Source: Verrucomicrobiota bacterium (GTDB taxonomy: Bacteria > Verrucomicrobiota > Verrucomicrobiia > Limisphaerales > JADLHS01). From it: a DNA stretch of 64,000 nt. The translations under genes and the position numbers were made by a program. Positions 57,914-64,000 of the stretch are shown piece after piece. The notes beneath the pieces were generated by a model. That model did not search any database. It was given only the letters and a program-made list of their open reading frames with translations, and had not been told where the DNA came from. Within the stretch, counting starts at the first letter, position 1. Each line of letters starts with the position of its first letter. Location: assembly GCA_039806955.1 (NCBI GenBank), contig JBDHQI010000009.1, positions 65,517 through 129,516 of the forward strand. Reading direction: 5' to 3'.

Positions 57914-58189
57914 ATGAAGTTCAAAGTCGAAGTTGGCGAAATCGAAAAAAATCAAATCGAATTCAACCACAACCAACTCATGGGAATGTTATCCATCAAG
58001 GTGAACAAAAAAACGGTGCTCAAAAACGCCCGGCTGCTCAACGAACCGGAGCGCGAGGTATTTCAATTCGTCGTGGGGCAGATGGAACGTTCCGAAATCC
58101 GCATTGAAAAATTGCGACGGCAGCTGTTCGGCACCCGCAACACCGTGTATGTGGACAACCGGCTGGTACGCGTTTTTGAAGGCGTCTGA
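57914..58189 (+). CDS. Small hypothetical protein (91 aa, beta-rich)
   Basis: Good RBS (GGAGG 5 nt upstream). MKFKVEVGEIEKNQIEFNHNQLMGMLSIKVNKK... No family recognised. Confidence 0.55.
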   Translation: MKFKVEVGEIEKNQIEFNHNQLMGMLSIKVNKKTVLKNARLLNEPEREVFQFVVGQMERSEIRIEKLRRQLFGTRNTVYVDNRLVRVFEGV

Positions 58190-58258
58190 TGCGGCTCCTT
58201 TTCCGAGGGCCGTCCGTTTTCCATTGGCGGCGGCATTGATACGGGAAATACTGCGGAC

Positions 58259-58816
58259 GTGTCTGAAACGACTGAAGCCGTCCCCACGCAAGAATGGCTT
58301 GGCGCACACCGCCTGCCGGACCAGCGCCTGGTGCGTTTCCGTCGCATCCAGTCGAGCGATGAAGCGCTGATTACCACTGCCATCAATTCCGCCTCGCCGG
58401 AAACACTGCTGCACCGCTTCTTCAGCCCGGTCCGTCAGGTATCGCCGGAAATGCTGCGCCGCATGCTCAGCTTCGATCCGCAGCGTGAAACCTGCATTGT
58501 GGGTTTGGTTGAAACAACGACAGATCCGCGCCTGATTTGCGGCGCGCGGTATGTAAAATTAGCGGCGACCAGCCGGGCGGAAATCGCCCTTACCGTACAT
58601 GACGATTTTCAGCGGGCAGGCCTCGGCATTTTCATGCTGCGCCTGCTGGCCCGACTCGCCACCCACGATGACGTGAAATTTTTTACCGCTGAAGTCCTGA
58701 GCAGCAATGACAAGATGTTGCGGTTGTTGCGCAAAATTTCGGCGGGTGGCGGTCAGGGAGCATGGTCTGGTGAAGTTTATCACGCTGAAATTCCCATCAG
58801 GCAACTGCTCCACTGA
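58259..58816 (+). CDS. GNAT-family acetyltransferase (Pat-type GNAT domain)
   Basis: LVRFRRIQSSDEALI...LLHRFFSP...IALTVHDDFQRAGLGIFMLRLLARLA...AEVLSSNDKMLRLLRKI follows the pattern of protein-lysine acetyltransferase GNAT domains. GTG start. Confidence 0.7.
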   Translation: MSETTEAVPTQEWLGAHRLPDQRLVRFRRIQSSDEALITTAINSASPETLLHRFFSPVRQVSPEMLRRMLSFDPQRETCIVGLVETTTDPRLICGARYVKLAATSRAEIALTVHDDFQRAGLGIFMLRLLARLATHDDVKFFTAEVLSSNDKMLRLLRKISAGGGQGAWSGEVYHAEIPIRQLLH

Positions 58817-58833
58817 CCCCGACATCGCACGGG

Positions 58834-59751
58834 TCACTTCAACGAAAAGTAACCGCGTTGCCGCGAACTGATGGGCAGGTCCAATTTCTCCATCACTTGC
58901 AGCATGTCCTCCCAGACCGCGCGCTTGTCCTTCATTGAGTTGGTGCGGAGCAAATATGCGGGATGAAACGTGGGCATGAGAGGAAGACCGCGATATTCCA
59001 TCCAATGACCGCGAGACTTGGTGATGGGAACCGGACATCCCAGCAACCCTTTGATGGCAACTGCACCCAGTGCCACCAGCACCTTGGGCTGGATGAGATC
59101 AATCTGCTCATGCAAATAAGGCAGGCAGGTGGCCATTTCCTCGTCGGTAGGCTGCCGGTTTCCGGCTTTCTGTTGCGGCGTGTCAGGACGACATTTCAGC
59201 ACGTTGGCGATGTACACATCGCTCCGTTTCAAGCCCATCGTCTCAATGATCTTGGTGAGTAATTGCCCGGCCTTGCCGACGAACGGTTCGCCCTGCTCAT
59301 CTTCATCCGCTCCCGGCGCCTCGCCGACGAACATCAGTTGCGCATCAATGTTGCCCGTTCCAAAGACCACTGATTTGCGGGTGGCGACCAAATGCGGACA
59401 CTTCACACAGGCCAGCACCCGTTTTCGTAATTCAGCGTAAGCGACAACTTTGTCTGGGTTGTTGGGAGAAATCGGGATCAGTTGGCTTTGCGGAGTCACC
59501 GGCACGGCTGGAATCACGATTGTAGTGGCGGGTAGCGGCGGCTGCGGCATCGTCGCCCGGCGCACTGCTGGTGAAATCTTCGAAACAGCCCGCGAAGCGG
59601 ACGTTGCCGTCGGGGGCGAAATTTTTTGGACTGGAGCGAACAGCGCCCGCACCGCTTCCGCCGACACGGTGATTTGTCGCTGCCCTTGATTCCGCCGGTG
59701 CTCCAGGTAGCGAATCGTGCTGTCCAGCAATTGTACGTAAGCCGATTGCAT
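58834..59751 (-). CDS. Uracil-DNA glycosylase, family 4, with an N-terminal extension
   Basis: C.KC..L cluster (CVKCPHL), GEAPGADED motif A, HPAYLLR motif B. Confidence 0.85.
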   Translation of the reverse strand: MQSAYVQLLDSTIRYLEHRRNQGQRQITVSAEAVRALFAPVQKISPPTATSASRAVSKISPAVRRATMPQPPLPATTIVIPAVPVTPQSQLIPISPNNPDKVVAYAELRKRVLACVKCPHLVATRKSVVFGTGNIDAQLMFVGEAPGADEDEQGEPFVGKAGQLLTKIIETMGLKRSDVYIANVLKCRPDTPQQKAGNRQPTDEEMATCLPYLHEQIDLIQPKVLVALGAVAIKGLLGCPVPITKSRGHWMEYRGLPLMPTFHPAYLLRTNSMKDKRAVWEDMLQVMEKLDLPISSRQRGYFSLK

Positions 59752-60121
59752 CCTGACATCCTAACCGGCTGGTCACCTGGAGCGAGTGAAAATTCCACCT
59801 CGTCAACACGCACGGACGAATTGACTCAAATTAAAAGACACCCATCCGTCTATCTTCGCCTCGACCGCCTACGTCCGCGACGGTGCTTCCGTTCTCATTC
59901 TCATTTCGTGTGATCCGCACGTTTCGCGATTCAGCCTGCAGCGGTAATGCGCCAGAGATCTGATGTTTGTCACCATCGGCAGTCGTTCGCACAAATTTTG
60001 CGTCAACCGTCAGAAGGCTGCGTAAATTTTCCCGAAGGATGGCGACGTGCAGGGTCATGCGAAGTTGCTGGAACGGTGGTTTCCAAATCTCGATGCGTTC
60101 GGTGATGAAAAAACAGCCTCA

Positions 60122-60153
60122 CAACCTTTTGTTGCATATGCGACAAAAGGTTG
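60122..60153. promoter_or_regulatory. Perfect 11-bp palindromic arms with a 10-nt spacer in the udg/ppx divergent region (operator or RNA hairpin)
   Basis: caaccttttgt tgcatatgcg acaaaaggttg. On the minus strand it is followed 8 nt later by TTTTTT. Confidence 0.35.
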
Positions 60154-60343
60154 CATGAACAAATTCAACGGTTTGTGATTGAAGTAAGCCACCAAACGCG
60201 AACAACCTCAGCAAATAGAGCGCAACGTGATTGCGCAATCCGCGTCTTTCGCAGTCAATCCGCCGCCACTTTGCCTCGCCGCAGTTGACATGTGGGTAAT
60301 TTCGCTTGGTCAAGATGGCGTTGACTGTTCTAATTTGTCGCGC

Positions 60344-61294
60344 ATGTCTGGGCTGCGTCAGGCCGCCATTGATGTCGGCACCAATTCGGTGAAATTGCTC
60401 ATTGCTGAAATCTGCGGCAACGAGGTCCGGGCGCTCTGCGAAGCCAGCCACCAAACCCGGCTCGGACAGGGGTTTTACCAAACGCGCAATCTACAGCCGG
60501 GGGCAATCGCCCGTACCGCTGAAGCTGTAGCGGATTACGTGGAGCAAGCCAAACACTTCGCCTGCGAGACCATCCGTGTTTTCTCCACCAGCGTCGCCCG
60601 TGAAGCGGTGAATGCCGCCGCACTGGTTCGGGCTATTGAACAACGGAGCGGGATCACTTTGGAAATCATCTCCGGCGACCAGGAGGCCGAGTGGGTATTC
60701 CGGGGCGTTCTCACCGATGCCACCCTGCCGCCAGCGCCACTGTTGCTGCTCGACGTGGGCGGCGGCAGCACCGAATTCATTCTCGGTCGCCGCGAGCGCA
60801 GAATTTTCAGTCAAAGTTTCCCGCTGGGTTCCGTACGGTTGATGGAAACTTTTACCATCAGCGATCCGCCGACCGCCGCGGAATTACACGCCGTCACTCA
60901 GAGCGTGCGCAGTCTGCTCGCTAATCAGGTGGCGCCAATTCTGATGCCGATCTGGCAGAATGAAATTTCCGAGGCCTCCGCTCAAGTTCAACTCGTCGGC
61001 ACCGGCGGGGCGGCAACCATTCTGGCGCGAATGGCCGCGCAACTCACCACGTTTGACCGCGCGGTAATTGAAGCCGCGCGTATCAGCTCGGACTGGTTGA
61101 CTCAACAAACGGAACAGCTCTGGCGTTTGCCGCTGGTCCAAAGGCGGGAACTAATCGGTTTACCGCGATCGCGGGCGGACGTCATTTTGACCGGGGCGGT
61201 CATTTACCAGGCCATTCTGGAGTACTTTCAATTTCGCGAACTGCGCGTCAGCACGCGCGGCTTGCGCTTCGCCGCGGTGCTGGACGCGTGTTGA
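60344..61294 (+). CDS. Ppx/GppA-family phosphatase (exopolyphosphatase-like)
   Basis: AAIDVGTNSVKLLIAE (phosphate-1), LLLLDVGGGSTEF (phosphate-2). Start taken at MSGLRQ (60344). Confidence 0.85.
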   Translation: MSGLRQAAIDVGTNSVKLLIAEICGNEVRALCEASHQTRLGQGFYQTRNLQPGAIARTAEAVADYVEQAKHFACETIRVFSTSVAREAVNAAALVRAIEQRSGITLEIISGDQEAEWVFRGVLTDATLPPAPLLLLDVGGGSTEFILGRRERRIFSQSFPLGSVRLMETFTISDPPTAAELHAVTQSVRSLLANQVAPILMPIWQNEISEASAQVQLVGTGGAATILARMAAQLTTFDRAVIEAARISSDWLTQQTEQLWRLPLVQRRELIGLPRSRADVILTGAVIYQAILEYFQFRELRVSTRGLRFAAVLDAC

Positions 61295-61300
61295 GCGTGA

Positions 61301-61828
61301 TCAGCGGGCAAAGAACGTGTCGTGCAGCGACCCGCGCTCGGTGCGAATCACCGCGCCGGTCCGAATGTTATGCCGCTCGAACCAGCCGCGGGAAACTTCC
61401 AAAACGTATTGCAAATTGGACGTTTTGGAGCGCACGCCGACTTCGTTGCCCGGTTCCAACTCGATGATCTCGGCAATCGTTCCATCCGGAGTAATGTAAG
61501 CCGCCGAAAGCGGCACGACGCAGTTGCGCATGTAGAAATCCTTTGGCCCGATCGCCTCCGGCGGAAAGACAAACAACATGCCCTCGGTTTCGACGAGGTT
61601 GGTACGAAACATCATTCCCGTGCGGATTTGCAGTTCGGTGCGGGCCAATTCAGCGGTGAGTTCTTCCGCGCCCAGCCAGAGTTTGAGGGTGGGCAACCGT
61701 GGTTGCGCATGGGTCAAATGTCCATAGAGCGGATCAATCTCGGGCTTGGAGGCCGGGGCCGGTTTTTTACAACCGCTCAACCCGGCAAGGATGAACCCGA
61801 GCATCAAACTACATGCCAAAAATCGCAT
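61301..61828 (-). CDS. DUF192-domain lipoprotein
   Basis: Lipobox GLSGC. MLFVFP...FYMRNCVVPLSAAYITPDGTI is typical of DUF192. Confidence 0.7.
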   Translation of the reverse strand: MRFLACSLMLGFILAGLSGCKKPAPASKPEIDPLYGHLTHAQPRLPTLKLWLGAEELTAELARTELQIRTGMMFRTNLVETEGMLFVFPPEAIGPKDFYMRNCVVPLSAAYITPDGTIAEIIELEPGNEVGVRSKTSNLQYVLEVSRGWFERHNIRTGAVIRTERGSLHDTFFAR

Positions 61829-62085
61829 GAGCGCATTTAGACAAATCCGCCAGTCGAAAACCATTCTTTTTCTGGCCTCGTTTGCTTGTCTCACGGCATC
61901 GGCAGGGACTGGCTGCGTGCCATACTATTCGGAAGTCTTGCGTTCGTTTCATTCTATTTTTTCCGCCGGTTAAACAAATGAAAATGCTGGAGACTTGATG
62001 TAAGTGGCAGCTGAGAGGCGCGTCCCAAAGGCGTTTGTGGCCCAAGTCTAAACTGGCGGACGCAGTGTCAATTGTTGATAGAAGC

Positions 62086-62700
62086 TTACCGAAGATGCTT
62101 GAGCCAAGATGGGACCGGCTCGTTCAACTGCACGGTCTGACCGTTCGCATAGGTAGCCACATGACGGAATGGAGACTTCAAGTCATCGTTGTCGAAAACC
62201 AAGACGCACGGCAATTCGCGGACGGCGGCAGTGAGGTTTGTAAGTGTGCGCGGAAAACGTTCCACCAACTTCTCGGCTGGCACATCATGTCCACCTTGGG
62301 AAACCCGCATGGCCACACGCTGCCCGGACGTGTCAGCGTCGGCAATGCCCACAAAGCCAAGGACGACGGCATATCCCGATTGAACTAACTGTTTCAGGAA
62401 ACCCAATTTGTCGCCCACCGGATCCGAGAATACCGTTTCAAATATGAAGCTCTCGCGTTGATTGACTAGTTCGGTCCGGAGCGACGTGATCATCCGGGCG
62501 GCTTCATACGCGTCCACGGCCAATTCCCGGGCGATGGCATCCGCGTTAAGAAATCGTAAACCGCTGAATTTCAGATGCGCTTTGAAAAAGGTGGTTTTCC
62601 CAGCGCCATTCGGGCCGGCGATTGCCACCACGATCGGGCGGCGATCCAGATACTCGCTCCAAGCCGCCGTGCTTTCCACAGAACTGCGGCCCCGTTTCAC
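62086..62700 (-). CDS. Zeta-toxin-like P-loop kinase (COG4185-type)
   Basis: Walker A IAGPNGAGKTT; 204 aa. The start overlaps the upstream antitoxin stop by 4 nt. Confidence 0.7.
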   Translation of the reverse strand: MKRGRSSVESTAAWSEYLDRRPIVVAIAGPNGAGKTTFFKAHLKFSGLRFLNADAIARELAVDAYEAARMITSLRTELVNQRESFIFETVFSDPVGDKLGFLKQLVQSGYAVVLGFVGIADADTSGQRVAMRVSQGGHDVPAEKLVERFPRTLTNLTAAVRELPCVLVFDNDDLKSPFRHVATYANGQTVQLNEPVPSWLKHLR

Positions 62701-63074
62701 CGTTTTGCCTTTTTGACAACTTGGAATTCGCGGTTAACGAAGCGGCCAATCATGCGCTTGCCGTTCGCCTCAATCCGGACCAACAGACCGGGCGAATTGG
62801 CCGGTTCGTAATGAGGATACGGGAGTTGATTAAGATGTTCGGCCACCCGCTGGCGGCCTTCCGGCGAATCCACAGAATTCAGGCACTCCGAAAGCGGCCG
62901 GGAGTCCCCGGCCCGGCGCAACGCCAAGGCCTGATCCCCGCGCAAAAGCGGCTCGATGGCGCGCCCCAATCTGGCCCAGAACTCAATTTGTCCCGCAATC
63001 GACCGTTCAGCGACTTCGGCCGTGAGTCGGGCGTCGAGAACCAAGGTGTCAGAAACCTTAACCGGTTGACTCAT
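62697..63074 (-). CDS. ParD-like antitoxin (PF11903-type) paired with the zeta-like toxin
   Basis: MSQPVKVSDTLVLDARLTAEVAERSIAGQIEFWARLGRAIEPLL... matches my recollection of the ParD_like family. Position and overlap fit a TA operon. Confidence 0.6.
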   Translation of the reverse strand: MSQPVKVSDTLVLDARLTAEVAERSIAGQIEFWARLGRAIEPLLRGDQALALRRAGDSRPLSECLNSVDSPEGRQRVAEHLNQLPYPHYEPANSPGLLVRIEANGKRMIGRFVNREFQVVKKAKR

Positions 63075-63104
63075 GCTCTTAAGGTAGCAAAACGCTACCA
63101 TCTG

Positions 63105-63695
63105 TCAACCACCACCTCTCCGCCTGAAAATAGTCCCAGTCCCCCGGGGCCGCCCCCGTGATACCGCGGGCTTGTGAGACGCTGCAACCACGGCGGCGCC
63201 TTTATGACCTGAGCAACGCCTGCCTAGCTGACTCCAAGCGGGTTTGCCTTTGGGCCGCCATTCCAGTTTCGATCCCTGACCTTGAAGCCAGTGCGGCGGC
63301 ACACCCCCATAAACACTTTCCAAGGTGACCACGCCGCCAACATGATTGATTTCCCAGGCAATTTGCGGATCGTTGACTCCGTGCGAACGGCACACCAGAA
63401 CATAAAATGCCCGCATCCCACGCGAGGTGATCTTTTTCTTTAGAAGCCCTTTTTGGTGCAACCACTCCAGCGTCAACCCCAGATGCGCCGCCGCTTTGGC
63501 GGCCCGGCGCGCATCCAGGCGTTCCAGTGCCTGCTTGAGGCAGGTCGTCTCCAAGGACCGCAACGTGTCGGCACCTTGGTAATATACCCGGACGAAAAAT
63601 GTCCCGCTGCGCGCATCCCGGTAGAGCGCCCGTTCTCCAGCCACTTTTTGAGTCGTGCCATAACCAGGTTGCTTGTTGAACCGGGTACAAGCCAT
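63105..63695 (-). pseudogene. Tyrosine integrase remnant with an internal deletion
   Basis: N-terminal GTFFVRVYYQGADTLRSLETTCLKQALERLDARR (arm-type N-domain) runs directly into RGMRAFYVLVCRSHGVNDPQIAWEINHVGGVVTLESVYGG (the box II H-x-x-R ... Y region). The core-binding domain and most of the catalytic domain are missing (196 aa versus 300-450). Adjacent to the 3' end of a tRNA. Confidence 0.5.
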
Positions 63696-63735
63696 TATAG
63701 GTCCGGGCGAAAATGGGGGGAACCCTTGATTTTAT

Positions 63736-63812
63736 TGGCGCACCCATGAGGAGTTGAACCTCAAACCTGCTGATCCGTAGTCAGCCGCTCTATCCAATTG
63801 AGCTATGGGTGC
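63736..63812 (-). tRNA. tRNA-Arg (anticodon ACG), CCA encoded
   Basis: Manual cloverleaf: acceptor GCACCCA/TGGGTGC, D-arm GCTC..GAGC, anticodon stem GCTGA/TCAGC with loop CTACGGA, T-arm TGAGG-TTCAACT-CCTCA, discriminator G, CCA. 77 nt. Confidence 0.9.
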
Positions 63813-64000
63813 GCTCAAGGGATACGCAGGCTAGAGAATCCAGCCCGCCGCTGACAAGCCATTTCGCAACCGCACGCAACGGCCGCGCGCCGACTGTACC
63901 CCTGCTTCGGGCCAATTCAGTTTGGACTCAAAGTCTTCCGAACAAATTGCGATCGCTCGCGTCCAACCTCGAAAAAAGATTTATGAAAATAGCTCGTTCA

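Larger units (their letters stand above)
62086..63735. mobile_element. Decayed tRNA-Arg-associated genomic island remnant (integrase pseudogene plus TA pair)
   Basis: Integrase remnant reading away from the tRNA 3' end, followed by an addiction module. I could not find the distal att repeat. Confidence 0.45.

Noticed and set aside
59831-60058. 75-aa minus-strand ORF upstream of udg.
   Set aside because: No Shine-Dalgarno sequence, no recognisable family, and a Gly/Arg-rich tail. Kept only as a comment in the spacer finding.
61829-62085. Search for a direct repeat of the tRNA-Arg 3' end (attR) at the presumed far edge of the island.
   Set aside because: No convincing match to TGGCGCACCCATGAGGAGTTGAACC was found by eye, so no att site is claimed.
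1-64000. CRISPR arrays, IS elements/transposases, reverse transcriptases (retron/DGR), rRNA genes.
   Set aside because: No regularly spaced direct repeats, no transposase- or RT-like ORFs, and no rRNA-like sequence were seen on either strand.

Overview
High-GC bacterial chromosomal window. The gene content (many secreted glycoside-hydrolase-like proteins, an RRM-type RNA-binding protein, large proteins with beta-sandwich repeats) suggests a PVC-superphylum, Verrucomicrobiota-like organism; this is inference only. Most of the window is ordinary: housekeeping genes (pyrH, mutM, ald, corA, Ppx/GppA, family-4 UDG, M20 peptidase), a sigma-54 two-component operon, and two large carbohydrate-active-enzyme clusters (13.9-22.3 kb and 27.7-45.4 kb). 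I saw no CRISPR array, rRNA, IS element or reverse transcriptase.

Two regions are accessory. (1) 0.3-5.4 kb is the most unusual. The 3' end of a type IIA topoisomerase B-subunit gene is followed by three further diverged copies of its own C-terminal tail. These tails delimit three things: an uncharacterised two-gene module (a multi-beta-sandwich protein with a caspase/gingipain-like His..Cys motif, plus an internally duplicated secreted protein), an internal topoisomerase-B pseudogene fragment, and a hicBA pair. A frameshifted abrB-like remnant follows the last tail. This looks like a reiterated integration hotspot at the gene's 3' end, yet no recombinase is visible. (2) 62.1-63.8 kb holds tRNA-Arg(ACG), an internally truncated integrase, and a ParD-like/zeta-like toxin-antitoxin pair, consistent with a decayed tRNA island.

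Other points worth a second look: an exact sigma-54 promoter with upstream inverted repeats in front of a 91-aa orphan gene; an 8-heme cytochrome c fused to TPR repeats; a G6 homopolymer frameshift splitting a membrane protein; an LpoB-like/YcfL-like lipoprotein cluster; and several very large secreted proteins of unknown family inside the CAZyme clusters.
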